Virus record (IMG/VR): IMGVR_UViG_3300017917_003822
Location: 206,630-270,629 of that record
Length of the DNA stretch: 64,000 nt
Strand: one strand, 5' to 3'
A program made the translations under genes and the position numbers. The notes beneath the pieces were generated by a model. It did not search any database and was not told the DNA's origin. It worked only from the letters and a program-made list of their open reading frames with translations. How positions within the stretch are numbered: position 1 is the first letter of the stretch; each line of letters opens with the position of its first letter. Positions 38,717-47,916 of this stretch are shown here, in pieces.

Positions 38717-39292
38717 CTATTTCTTATTTTTTAATAGATCATTAATAACCCATTGATCTCTCTCATCAATATGGATATCACTTAGATCCGTGTATGGTAT
38801 TTTTTCTAGTTCCAAATAATTTTTAATTATGGAGTCTATTTTGACGATTTCCTCCTTATCGTGGAATCTTATCCCGTCTGAAGTCTCCTCGTCATCCAAA
38901 AATGGAGGAACGTAATATATCTTGTGCCATCTCCCTATTGATTTTAATATCTCTTTCTGAATGTGATTGATGGTTGCAATATCCTTCAGACTGAGATTTG
39001 TACTAAATAGAGATCTGAAATAAAAATAATTAAGAACAGAGCTGGAGTCACAAACTATCCACTCCTTACTTCCCATGTACATGCTCTCCCTTGCAAGCTG
39101 CTTATAGAATATAACAATCTGATCCGTCGGGGTATCAGGTATTCCCCACTCGGCTATGTAATCAGTAGCAGCCTCACCTACAAAGACTGAATTTTTCTTT
39201 CTAATCTTTAAACCATGATGTACCGAAGTTGCCAATGTGCTTTTTCCTGAACTTGGTGCACCTATAACTGAAACTAATTTAGATGTGCTCAT
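38717..39292 (-). CDS. NadR/AAA_28-like P-loop kinase
   Basis: IGAPSSGKSTL, EAA..Y, VCDSS.L..Y.Y, DGIR. Confidence 0.8.
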   Translation of the reverse strand: MSTSKLVSVIGAPSSGKSTLATSVHHGLKIRKKNSVFVGEAATDYIAEWGIPDTPTDQIVIFYKQLARESMYMGSKEWIVCDSSSVLNYFYFRSLFSTNLSLKDIATINHIQKEILKSIGRWHKIYYVPPFLDDEETSDGIRFHDKEEIVKIDSIIKNYLELEKIPYTDLSDIHIDERDQWVINDLLKNKK

Positions 39293-39344
39293 TATTTTCT
39301 ATTTTAATTTTATATCAAAGGTGTTTAAAATAATTTCACATTTA

Positions 39345-39376
39345 TTTTTTATTACCGTGAATCTTTTTTACATTTG
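39345..39376 (+). promoter_or_regulatory. Class A promoter
   Basis: T-tract-attaccg-N11-TACATTTG. Confidence 0.75.
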
Positions 39377-39411
39377 TCATCTATAAAAACAAAAAACAAA
39401 ATTATTAAAAA

Positions 39412-39969
39412 ATGGAAACATCAAAAATTATTAAGTACTCAATTATTGCATTAGTTGCATTTTTATTCATTGGGATATTCTCCAGTGTGATCTCAGTTTC
39501 TAACCAGGAGGTTGATTTAAGAAACAGATTCAAACAAAAGATGGATCAGAGAACTGCATTTTACGACAAAATGTGGAAGACTATTTCTCAGAAATCTCAA
39601 GTTGCGATCAAGAATGATAGCTCATTCGCAAAGAATGTTAATGTCATCATGGAGGGAAGAAAGGATGCACCTCAAGTCTTTATGAAGTGGGTCCAAGAAA
39701 GTAATCCGAACGCAAATTATGAATCAGTTGCAGCTTTATATGGAGACCTTAGCAGAGCTATCGAGGGACAAAGAAACGATTTCTTCATGGAGGAAAAAAT
39801 GATCCAGGGAATAGTTTTAGAGCACGATAATATAATGTCAAAATTCCCATCTGGATTTATCCTATCAACATTTATGGGCAGAACAAAACTTGTCTATAAG
39901 CCTATCACATCGGACAGAACCGACGAGGTCATTAAAACCGGCAAGGATAACGACGTGGACGTATTCTAA
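39412..39969 (+). CDS. LemA-like membrane-anchored protein
   Basis: N-terminal TM followed by helical bundle ending KFPS..I. Confidence 0.6.
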   Translation: METSKIIKYSIIALVAFLFIGIFSSVISVSNQEVDLRNRFKQKMDQRTAFYDKMWKTISQKSQVAIKNDSSFAKNVNVIMEGRKDAPQVFMKWVQESNPNANYESVAALYGDLSRAIEGQRNDFFMEEKMIQGIVLEHDNIMSKFPSGFILSTFMGRTKLVYKPITSDRTDEVIKTGKDNDVDVF

Positions 39970-40033
39970 TATTCAATAAAAAACTAAAGCCAGTCTTAGG
40001 ACTGGCTTCTTATAATTTTTAAATCGTATCAAT

Positions 40034-41242
40034 ATGTCAATCTGGTTTTGTTTACTTATACCCGTAGTGGGTGCTTTAGTTATGCTAAAGTGGTTCAGAA
40101 AAAATCTTGCCTGGTGGGAGGTTATTGTTCCCGCTGTTGTTTGTTTTTTATTCATACTAATCTTTAAACTGACGGTTGAAAGAATCCAGGTTAATGATAC
40201 TGAATATCACGGAGCAATCATAACGGAGGCAAGATATTATGAGTATTGGGAAACTTATGTTCATAAAACATGCACAAGGACAGTTAGCTGTGGTAAGAAT
40301 TGCACGACCACGGTTAGCTACGATTGTTCATATTGTGACGAGACACCGAAACGTTGGACCGTTGTTAATTCATTGGGTGAGGAATTTAGAGTATCGGAAG
40401 AATATTATAAATATCTGACTAAAAAATGGAAAGCAACACCAAAATTTGTTGAACTTAATAGAGATATTGATTATACTGGTGGTTGTGGACAGGACGGAGA
40501 TATGTACGTCATTAAATGGAATGTTGATCCGATGACTGCTGAATCAACCACAACTGATCACTGGTACGAAAATAGAATACAGGCAGCACACACCGCATTC
40601 GATTTCGTTGATGTTACTGAAGAAGATGTCAAAAAATACTCTCTCTACGATTATCCCGACGTAAATGGATTCCACCAGGAAACTGTTCTTGGAATGGATA
40701 AAGCCAAATGGATCACCAAGATCCAAACTAACCGAATGAAACAATGGGGTAAATTTCTAAATGGTCATCTGGGAGTAAAGAAACATGCCCGCATCTATTT
40801 TCTTTTCTTTGTTGATAAATCAATGTTAGCTGCAAATATGCAGGAGGCTTATTGGGACGGAGGAAATGATAACGAGCTAGTTGTTTGCATTGGACTTAGC
40901 AGTAAATCCAAGGAGATTCAATGGGTTAAACCTTTCTCATGGTCACCAACGGGAAGAATAGTTCCTGATGTTCGTGAGGGTATAATGAAAAATCCAGATT
41001 TTAATGTTGATCAAATAGCAAAAACCGTTTGGAGTACTGTCGATAAAGAATATGTTAGAAGAGACTTCGAGGAATTTTCATATGTAACGGTTGAACCTCC
41101 TACATGGGCTATTTGGGTAACATTCTTTATAACTTTGGCAATAACAATTGGAATTTGTTATTGGGCAGTTGTTAATGATATAGATGGGGGCAACGATCCG
41201 ATATTCGGAAAAACAAATCGCTATGGAGGATATAGATATTAA
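40034..41242 (+). CDS. multi-TM protein with large soluble domain (TPM-like segment)
   Basis: TMs at both ends; WDGGNDNELVVCIG. Confidence 0.65.
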   Translation: MSIWFCLLIPVVGALVMLKWFRKNLAWWEVIVPAVVCFLFILIFKLTVERIQVNDTEYHGAIITEARYYEYWETYVHKTCTRTVSCGKNCTTTVSYDCSYCDETPKRWTVVNSLGEEFRVSEEYYKYLTKKWKATPKFVELNRDIDYTGGCGQDGDMYVIKWNVDPMTAESTTTDHWYENRIQAAHTAFDFVDVTEEDVKKYSLYDYPDVNGFHQETVLGMDKAKWITKIQTNRMKQWGKFLNGHLGVKKHARIYFLFFVDKSMLAANMQEAYWDGGNDNELVVCIGLSSKSKEIQWVKPFSWSPTGRIVPDVREGIMKNPDFNVDQIAKTVWSTVDKEYVRRDFEEFSYVTVEPPTWAIWVTFFITLAITIGICYWAVVNDIDGGNDPIFGKTNRYGGYRY

Positions 41243-41564
41243 AAAAACGGTGTCTTTTAAAAATAGACACGGAAAGGAGATCCTAATTTCAAGAACTGGA
41301 CTAAATGAATTTAGAATGAGAGGGATTGACACCTTCTTTATGAGAACTTCAACAACCGATGATGGAAAACTTATTATGTTTGATCCTTCAGGTGGTCCTT
41401 ATATGACAGCAGAGCACAATGATAGTCCAGGAATAGATATGGGATTTTTTGATATCGAGTGGGAAGGACTTAGAGTTGAATCTATGACCTGGGGTGAAAT
41501 TAGTGGAGAAGTTATTCTAAAGTGCTATTCAGAAAAACCAGTAGATTGGGTTGAAGTTAAATAA
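41223..41564 (+). CDS. hypothetical protein
   Basis: DPSGGPY motif. Confidence 0.65.
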   Translation: MEDIDIKKTVSFKNRHGKEILISRTGLNEFRMRGIDTFFMRTSTTDDGKLIMFDPSGGPYMTAEHNDSPGIDMGFFDIEWEGLRVESMTWGEISGEVILKCYSEKPVDWVEVK

Positions 41565-42141
41565 AAGCTCTCTTCTTAATCTCCAGATACTTATTTATAT
41601 TCTTTTCGAACTCTTCCTTGGTCTGGTTTATTTTTCCGAGGAAGATTTCTCTTTCCCTTTCTGTTAATCTATTGTAAACCTTGATAAAGGAACCCGGATC
41701 TGATTTATAGACGTCAACAATCACATTTCCAAAGTTGGCATCTTGTCCCGTTGTTGCGTAGTCTATCGCTCTGCCCTTTCTGCTTTTATATCTCTTTCTT
41801 GCCCATTCCAGAACGTAGAAAAATCTAAGATTCCAATCATCAAGAGTTCTTATCTCGGTAAATCTCTTAAGAATATGAACATGGAATGAATTTTGATATC
41901 CCGGGGTCGATTTTCTTATCGGCCCATTTCCATAAATTGTGATGCAATTACCGGGCCTATCCATATCAAGTTCATCATTATAAAGTCTCATATTTCCATT
42001 ATCCCAGATCCTGTCGGTTGTGGAATCATAAAACCCAACAGATTCTAAAACTGAAAAAATAGGCAGGGCCTTTACCTCATCCAGGGTATAGTTATAACCA
42101 TTAGATTCGAAAAGAGCAAAGGACTTTAAATTGATCATCAT
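41557..42141 (-). CDS. hypothetical protein with CTS-like leader
   Basis: MMINLKSFALFE-S start. Confidence 0.7.
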   Translation of the reverse strand: MMINLKSFALFESNGYNYTLDEVKALPIFSVLESVGFYDSTTDRIWDNGNMRLYNDELDMDRPGNCITIYGNGPIRKSTPGYQNSFHVHILKRFTEIRTLDDWNLRFFYVLEWARKRYKSRKGRAIDYATTGQDANFGNVIVDVYKSDPGSFIKVYNRLTEREREIFLGKINQTKEEFEKNINKYLEIKKRAFI

Positions 42142-42163
42142 ACGTGTGGTTTAAATTTATCCC

Positions 42164-42202
42164 ATATATATTTTTTTTATTCCGATGCTTTTTTATACAT
42201 TT
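42164..42202. promoter_or_regulatory. divergent overlapping class B (minus) and class A (plus) promoters
   Basis: aatatatat on minus 42164-42172; T-tract-attccg-N10-TACATTTG on plus. Confidence 0.65.
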
Positions 42203-42214
42203 GTAAAAAAAATA

Positions 42215-42973
42215 ATGGATATGAACCCTATATTGGAATCAGTAAAAGATTTTTGTCAGGTTAGAAACACCGGAAGAGCGTATGAGAATGGACCAGAACC
42301 AACTCCAAGGGTTAATTTCATAATCAGCCTATTAGAAAAGTTTGAGATACCGTACGAGATCGATGTGTTCGATGATTTTGATACGAATCTATATAATATC
42401 GTCATGAGAGGAACGAGTAAAAGAATGGTGATAGCACATCATGATATAGTCAATCCCAACTCAGAAAATGCCAATGATAACTCAGCATCAGTTATTAATG
42501 CGATCTATTTAAAGTCGCTGGTACCTGAACTTAACGTGGTTATTACCGACGGTGAGGAAGTTGGTTTCCGCGGTGCTAGAAGATTGGCCAAGAGAATAGT
42601 TAGCGGCGATTTTGGTGAGATTGAGTGGGTTCTCAATATAGAACTATCGGGAAGAGGGGGTAAACATTTCATGATAGGTAAACATGACGGCAAACTAACC
42701 GAACATATCGTGGACATGTTCGATCCACCGATTGTGCAGACCCCAGGAAGCGATTGTTATGCGCTTGCTTCATATGGGATAGATACTAATGTAATCAATC
42801 CACTTCCACTTCTGAGCGAAGGTCAGATTTCAGAAATAGCTAGCAACAATGGGTATTTGGATAATTCGTCATGGTGGTTATGTCACAGCGACGAGGACAC
42901 TCTAGACAAGATATCAACGAAAGACATGGAAGAGTTCGTAACTGAGGTTCTTGTTCCGATTGTAACAAAATAA
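42215..42973 (+). CDS. M28-family zinc peptidase
   Basis: AHHD, ANDNSAS, DGEE.G..G, C-terminal H..ED. Confidence 0.85.
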   Translation: MDMNPILESVKDFCQVRNTGRAYENGPEPTPRVNFIISLLEKFEIPYEIDVFDDFDTNLYNIVMRGTSKRMVIAHHDIVNPNSENANDNSASVINAIYLKSLVPELNVVITDGEEVGFRGARRLAKRIVSGDFGEIEWVLNIELSGRGGKHFMIGKHDGKLTEHIVDMFDPPIVQTPGSDCYALASYGIDTNVINPLPLLSEGQISEIASNNGYLDNSSWWLCHSDEDTLDKISTKDMEEFVTEVLVPIVTK

Positions 42974-42981
42974 AAATATAA

Positions 42982-43182
42982 ATGATAGGAGCAGTTGTAA
43001 TTAAAGCGGAGTACATCTCGGAGGCCAAAGAGAAATACGGTAATGAAATGGTGGATAAGATCTTCACTCTAATGAAAGGACAACATCCGGATACCATTTT
43101 ATGGGAACTAGAAAATGAGGAAAAAGAATGTTTTTTGTTACTGATGAAAAATAGATATCAAAAAGATGAAACAAAAAACTAA
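42982..43182 (+). CDS. hypothetical protein
   Basis: ORF in operon. Confidence 0.6.
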   Translation: MIGAVVIKAEYISEAKEKYGNEMVDKIFTLMKGQHPDTILWELENEEKECFLLLMKNRYQKDETKN

Positions 43183-43253
43183 ATGGCGGATATAGTAAAA
43201 GACAACTCTAGAAGGCTTGGTTTAAACCACTCATAGATGTTTGTTTTGGTTCA

Positions 43254-43281
43254 CCAGGGTCCAATTGGACTCTGGTTTTTT
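43254..43281 (+). terminator. intrinsic terminator
   Basis: ccagggtcc-aatt-ggactctgg plus T-tract. Confidence 0.75.
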
Positions 43282-43291
43282 GTTTCCCGTG

Positions 43292-43300
43292 AATATATAA
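43292..43300 (+). promoter_or_regulatory. Class B promoter
   Basis: aatatataa upstream of 43317. Confidence 0.5.
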
Positions 43301-43316
43301 AAAAAATCTTGTTGTT

Positions 43317-43502
43317 ATGGGTCTAACTAGTTCAGAAATAGTTGAAGAAATTCTTCATGAATGCCACAAATTGGGTATACACAAATCCGTTATGAGCTTA
43401 GCAAAAACTTACATCATAAAGGGTAAACCCGTTGCAGACTCCTACGAGAAAGCATTCAGCGAAGTTACCAGATCTTCAAAAACAGAAAAAGTCAATCCGT
43501 AG
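43317..43502 (+). CDS. hypothetical protein
   Basis: Short ORF after class B motif. Confidence 0.6.
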   Translation: MGLTSSEIVEEILHECHKLGIHKSVMSLAKTYIIKGKPVADSYEKAFSEVTRSSKTEKVNP

Positions 43503-43728
43503 GATCAACTTTCTCTTTCTTTGGGCCGAATATCAATAGCATCGGTGATTTACCCGAGAGCCAAAAATACAACCCAAAAAACAAGGCTGAGAGGCAATAG
43601 AAGATTCCGTCCGTAATCCAATATGACCCTGTCCACTTCATGACAAGAGCAAAGAGTGCATCGAACCCCAGGGGGTTGAAGAATGTCGCCAGTATCAGCA
43701 CAGCCGTCTGAAGTTTTTTCTTTTGCAT
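43492..43728 (-). CDS. small membrane protein
   Basis: MQKKKL followed by hydrophobic helices; class B motif at 43820-43828. Confidence 0.6.
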   Translation of the reverse strand: MQKKKLQTAVLILATFFNPLGFDALFALVMKWTGSYWITDGIFYCLSALFFGLYFWLSGKSPMLLIFGPKKEKVDPTD

Positions 43729-43833
43729 TTCGTTTATTACTATCGGTGTCCATAATGGAAATATTTTGCACTTTTTTGATCCATGGTGGAAAAAAATAGC
43801 GGGATTCGAGTTATCCAATCTATATATTGGAAA

Positions 43834-43868
43834 TTTTTTTTATTTTTCGAGTATAATTATTATGTTTG
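43834..43868 (+). promoter_or_regulatory. Class A promoter
   Basis: T-tract-tcg-N11-TATGTTTG. Confidence 0.7.
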
Positions 43869-43936
43869 CAGAAAGATACGTAAAACACACTAGAAGTCAC
43901 TAAAAAAATAGATGAATAAAAACACCATGGTACAAG

Positions 43937-44260
43937 ATGAGTAAAGCCAAATTTAAAAAAATTGTAAAGGAGTATAAGGACGCAAGTTTCGCTGAGATAT
44001 TCGAGGGTATAAGAGATAATTTCACCTTCGGGTTACTTGGTGCCATCTTGGTGGTCTTTATCTCAGCCAGAGTTGATTTAGCTGTTCTCATTGGCTATAT
44101 TGTCTACTACTTCTATATGGGAAGAATTGTTAACAGACCCAAGTACGTGACATCATTAGGCAGACTTATAGTCTTTCCTATCCCATCGGCACTTGGGGCT
44201 TTCACAGGTTACAAGTTAGCTTCCATCTTAGCAGCAGCAATAGAAACATTCCCTAAATAA
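43937..44260 (+). CDS. membrane protein
   Basis: Three hydrophobic segments. Confidence 0.7.
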   Translation: MSKAKFKKIVKEYKDASFAEIFEGIRDNFTFGLLGAILVVFISARVDLAVLIGYIVYYFYMGRIVNRPKYVTSLGRLIVFPIPSALGAFTGYKLASILAAAIETFPK

Positions 44261-44280
44261 ATCTTAAAAAAATATAAATT

Positions 44281-44592
44281 ATGCCAGAATTTGAAGCATC
44301 AGTCGAAATCGAAACTTATGAATTTATCGAAGCTTGTTCAAGAAGAGAAAAAATCTCACTAGTTAATAATGTCATCGAGGAATGTGTAGTTGACAACGAC
44401 ATGGAGAAGGCACTTAGAAGTTCCCTTCGTGAACATTTTCCAGGAACTGATATTGAAACAGGGGAAGGTCTTAGCTACGATCATGAGTTCTTTATAAGCT
44501 CGCTAAGAGCCCTAGCAAGCTCGTATTATCAACTTTCTAACGAGGTAATAGAAAACATCAATTCGGTAGCAAACCCCTTTAGATATCGCTAA
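44281..44592 (+). CDS. hypothetical protein
   Basis: ORF in operon. Confidence 0.65.
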   Translation: MPEFEASVEIETYEFIEACSRREKISLVNNVIEECVVDNDMEKALRSSLREHFPGTDIETGEGLSYDHEFFISSLRALASSYYQLSNEVIENINSVANPFRYR

Positions 44593-44615
44593 AACAAGCT
44601 AAAAACAAAAGTATA

Positions 44616-44876
44616 ATGGGAGAACATAAATGCAAATGTGGGGATCAGGCAAAACTGAGGATCTACACAGATTCAGAAATGGGCAATTTTGTTGATTGTT
44701 GTCAAAAATGTGCAGATAAGTTTAAGAAAGATCTCGAAGACTGGAAAGAAGACGAAATGTACAGACAAGGGAGAAGCTTGAGCCATTATAACAGAAACAT
44801 CAGATTGGTTGAGATAGTGGTTGTTGCGTTTCTGGTGATTTTAGCTACAATCGTCATATCTAAAATAATAACATAA
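44616..44876 (+). CDS. Zn-finger plus C-terminal TM protein
   Basis: CKC...CCQKC; terminal hydrophobic helix. Confidence 0.6.
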   Translation: MGEHKCKCGDQAKLRIYTDSEMGNFVDCCQKCADKFKKDLEDWKEDEMYRQGRSLSHYNRNIRLVEIVVVAFLVILATIVISKIIT

Positions 44877-44893
44877 TTCTAAAAATAAACAAA

Positions 44894-45136
44894 ATGAAAA
44901 AAAGCAGAGTTATTCAAGCTTTAAAGGCTCAAGCTGTAGCTGATAGAGAAAAAGCATTATTGGCGTTACATCTTATGAGGGATCAAGCAGTCGCTATTGG
45001 TGACCACACGGCAAATGATTTTTTAAAGGATGCAACTGAATCCCTACAGCTTCTAGTAGATGCCGAAGATAAATTGGAAGTAATCGAAAAGTATTTCGGC
45101 GAGGATGAATCAGCATTATCAACAGGAGCCAGATAA
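44894..45136 (+). CDS. conserved phage hypothetical protein
   Basis: AL.A...A..EKA...L......VAIGDH pattern. Confidence 0.7.
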   Translation: MKKSRVIQALKAQAVADREKALLALHLMRDQAVAIGDHTANDFLKDATESLQLLVDAEDKLEVIEKYFGEDESALSTGAR

Positions 45137-45172
45137 TATCGAAACAAAATCATAATTTAAAAAAAATATATC

Positions 45173-45442
45173 ATGGCAAAAATTAAATTACTTGAGGACG
45201 TTCAAGTTGTGTGGTGGGTTGAAACAATTCAAGGGAAAGCAGAAGTTGATGGTGAAGTTGTTGAATTTAGATATTCAGAAAATCCCAAAGGAGTAGATTG
45301 TTATATCTGGGATGAAGAGTCCGGTAGATGGACCGATGAATATGATGAAAAATACGACTCCATTTTTAATGTGTGCGGAAGTCTTGAGATTAACAAGGAT
45401 TCGGAGGCTGGTGAGGAATTTGATTCGGAGGATTACGAATAA
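45173..45442 (+). CDS. acidic hypothetical protein
   Basis: ORF in operon. Confidence 0.65.
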   Translation: MAKIKLLEDVQVVWWVETIQGKAEVDGEVVEFRYSENPKGVDCYIWDEESGRWTDEYDEKYDSIFNVCGSLEINKDSEAGEEFDSEDYE

Positions 45443-45466
45443 GAGTCTAACAAAAACATATTTTCA

Positions 45467-45507
45467 AGCCCGGAATTTTTTTATTCCGGGCTTTTTAGTT
45501 ATCTTTG
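45467..45507 (+). promoter_or_regulatory. Class A promoter embedded in an 11-bp hairpin
   Basis: aagcccggaat/attccgggctt; CG-N11-TATCTTTG. Confidence 0.75.
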
Positions 45508-45533
45508 CTTTTGTAATTTAATTAGAAACGCTG

Positions 45534-46241
45534 ATGAAAAATATTTTTAAAGTTGCGAAGTATAAAAAAACCGAGGAGGGTTTCTCACATCTGGGTTATG
45601 ATGAATATGTCATCGAATACCTCAAAGGTAAAAAGGTACATCAACTAAGAATTGTTGTTAACGGGATTTTAACAAATAGCGTTATTAATCTGGTTGATCC
45701 AGGTAAGGGTTACAGAAACAGTATATTGATGGGCATTAGCGACTATGTAAACGGTAGGATAAGCCACAATAATACCATCTCAGAAAAGAAGAAAATCACA
45801 ATTTCTAACATCTCAAATTTTTACAGCAAACATATTGTTAGTAATGTTAAGAATTATCTTATCGGAATCAATAAGGAAGAAAGCAGAGACAGATTGACAA
45901 AATATGGGTTAATTCCAAAAGAAGAGTCTCAAAATCTGGAAAACTTTAGAAAATTGGTCAGTGATGAGGTTTCTCCTGCTATGTCAAATTTCATAGAGGA
46001 GAAGAAGACAGATGAAAGAATTAAGAAGATAGCCGAAAGATTTTTTGAAGAGCAAGAAAAATTAAACTACAGCTACGATTCCATTGAATCTTTTATTGAG
46101 GGTTATAAATTAGCACAACAACAAATGTATAACGAAGATGATATGGAAGAATGCTGGAATGCTTGCTTAGCTTTTAATAGACCCGCTGGTTTTGACAGTG
46201 GTATCAATTTCAAGGATTTTATTAAATCAAAAAGAAAATAA
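45534..46241 (+). CDS. chimeric hypothetical protein
   Basis: N-domain joined at IPKEE to modules shared with the 46520-48591 family. Confidence 0.65.
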   Translation: MKNIFKVAKYKKTEEGFSHLGYDEYVIEYLKGKKVHQLRIVVNGILTNSVINLVDPGKGYRNSILMGISDYVNGRISHNNTISEKKKITISNISNFYSKHIVSNVKNYLIGINKEESRDRLTKYGLIPKEESQNLENFRKLVSDEVSPAMSNFIEEKKTDERIKKIAERFFEEQEKLNYSYDSIESFIEGYKLAQQQMYNEDDMEECWNACLAFNRPAGFDSGINFKDFIKSKRK

Positions 46242-46245
46242 TATT

Positions 46246-46530
46246 ATGAAAAAATTAATTTTTTTAATCTGCTTTATGTTTCTATTTTCTTGTCAGGAAA
46301 AAAAATACGAGCATATAGGTCAGGAGGTAATCGACGGTAAGGTCTCTGCTACTAAGGAGGGAAAGACAGCCTCATATGGGAGTCCAGCATATTCTCCAAA
46401 AATATGGGTACAAACACCAACAGAAACTAAAGAAGTGGAAATTCCATTTCGATACGAGGGGAGATGGAAAGTCGGTGACAGCTGCTTATTAATTATTGAA
46501 AAATATAAAGAAGTAACGGATGGAAAATAA
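46246..46530 (+). CDS. putative lipoprotein
   Basis: MKKLIFLICFMFLFSC. Confidence 0.7.
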   Translation: MKKLIFLICFMFLFSCQEKKYEHIGQEVIDGKVSATKEGKTASYGSPAYSPKIWVQTPTETKEVEIPFRYEGRWKVGDSCLLIIEKYKEVTDGK

Positions 46531-47110
46531 GAATATATTCATATTACCCACAGACAGACCGACCTGGTTACATAAATCATTATTGAGTGGAATTTTAAGA
46601 AAATCATCAGCCTGTATTGGTGATATGAAACAAGCACAAGGGATGAATATCTATATTACTTCCAACGAAGAAATTAAAGAGGGTGATTGGTGTTTGGATG
46701 AAGATGGGTTAAAGAAATGTACTGCTCACGCAGGTGCTATGAATCATTATTTTGAAAAAATCATCCTAACAACAGACCAAGACTTAATCAACGATGGTGT
46801 ACAAGCTATTGATGATGAGTTTTTAGAATGGTTTGTTAAGAATCCAAGTTGTGATGAGGTTGAAGTTGGATATGGGCGGATTAGGCTCACCGAAACTGAC
46901 AATAAAGGATATTGGGTTGCTATTCCTAATGCAGAATTTAATATGCAAGAAGAAAAACCTAAACAAGAAAAATCTGAAGATAAATTCCAATCTTGGGATG
47001 AATTAATAAAAGAAGTAGGTGGTGAAAAAGAATTATTAAGAATACTAAAACTTCCACATATAGCACCTTTAGTCAGAGAAGCAATGAGGAGTAATTGTAA
47101 AAACAAATAA
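46520..47110 (+). CDS. paralog family X, copy 1
   Basis: NIFILPT, NIYITSNEEIKEGDW, KIILTTDQDLI.DGVQAIDDEFLEWFVKNPSC. Confidence 0.8.
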   Translation: MENKNIFILPTDRPTWLHKSLLSGILRKSSACIGDMKQAQGMNIYITSNEEIKEGDWCLDEDGLKKCTAHAGAMNHYFEKIILTTDQDLINDGVQAIDDEFLEWFVKNPSCDEVEVGYGRIRLTETDNKGYWVAIPNAEFNMQEEKPKQEKSEDKFQSWDELIKEVGGEKELLRILKLPHIAPLVREAMRSNCKNK

Positions 47111-47597
47111 GACTATGATGGAAGACTTTTTACTTATTTTCGCAATAATCTATACCTTAATGTATGGATTAAAAATTTGGGAGGAAAACAAATAATGATA
47201 TGAAAAACATACACGTATTACCAACAGAAAAAGCAAGCAATGGATATGTTCTTGGAAAATGTATCAAAGAATTATCAGATGTAAAAATAGGTCAATTTAC
47301 TAAAACCTATTATTTAATGTTTGATGAAAAATATTTTCAACCACATAACATCTACATTACTTCCGATGAAAAAATTAAAGAAGGAGATTGGTTCTTACCG
47401 CAAGGACATATAAATCCTCATAAACTAAAAGGATATAATAAAATCAATGGGGATTTAGAAAGTTATAATGGGTTATGTTATGATATTTCAAAATGTAAAA
47501 AAATCATCCTAACAACAGACCAAGATTTAATCAAGGATGGTGTACAAGCTATTGATAATGAGTTTTTAGAATGGTTTGTTAAGAATCCAAGTTGTGA
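46755..47597 (+). repeat. 100-bp direct repeat pair (46755-46854 and 47498-47597)
   Basis: 3 mismatches by manual alignment. Confidence 0.85.
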
Positions 47598-47913
47598 GTG
47601 GGTTGAGGTTGAAATAGAATCAAAGTTTGACAGAGTTGATGGTCATTATCATGATGTGTGGGAAATAATCATTCCAAAAGAAGAAGCTAAACAAGAAACA
47701 CTTGAAGAAGCTGCAGAGAGATGGGTATTTGAAACAAATGGGCATAAATGGTCCAATAACGACGATAGCGCAGGGGACAATTTCGGATCTTTCGTTGCAG
47801 GTTCAAGGTGGAGATCTGATAATTCATACACTCTGGATGAATTAAAGGAGGCTTATTCTATGGGGAGATTAGGAAAATCGATCTCAGAATTCAACGAAAG
47901 ATTCAAAAATTAA
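47200..47913 (+). CDS. paralog family X, copy 2
   Basis: Same conserved blocks, different spacers. Confidence 0.8.
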   Translation: MKNIHVLPTEKASNGYVLGKCIKELSDVKIGQFTKTYYLMFDEKYFQPHNIYITSDEKIKEGDWFLPQGHINPHKLKGYNKINGDLESYNGLCYDISKCKKIILTTDQDLIKDGVQAIDNEFLEWFVKNPSCEWVEVEIESKFDRVDGHYHDVWEIIIPKEEAKQETLEEAAERWVFETNGHKWSNNDDSAGDNFGSFVAGSRWRSDNSYTLDELKEAYSMGRLGKSISEFNERFKN

Positions 47914-47916
47914 TCT

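Noticed and set aside
43550-43771. Overlapping 73-aa alternative frame over the small membrane gene
   Set aside because: Can be explained as an off-frame ORF in a locally GC-richer gene; no independent support, although dual coding is not excluded
46755-47597. Repeat pair as DGR template/variable repeats
   Set aside because: Mismatches are C/T, C/G and G/A rather than adenine-specific, and there is no reverse transcriptase in the window
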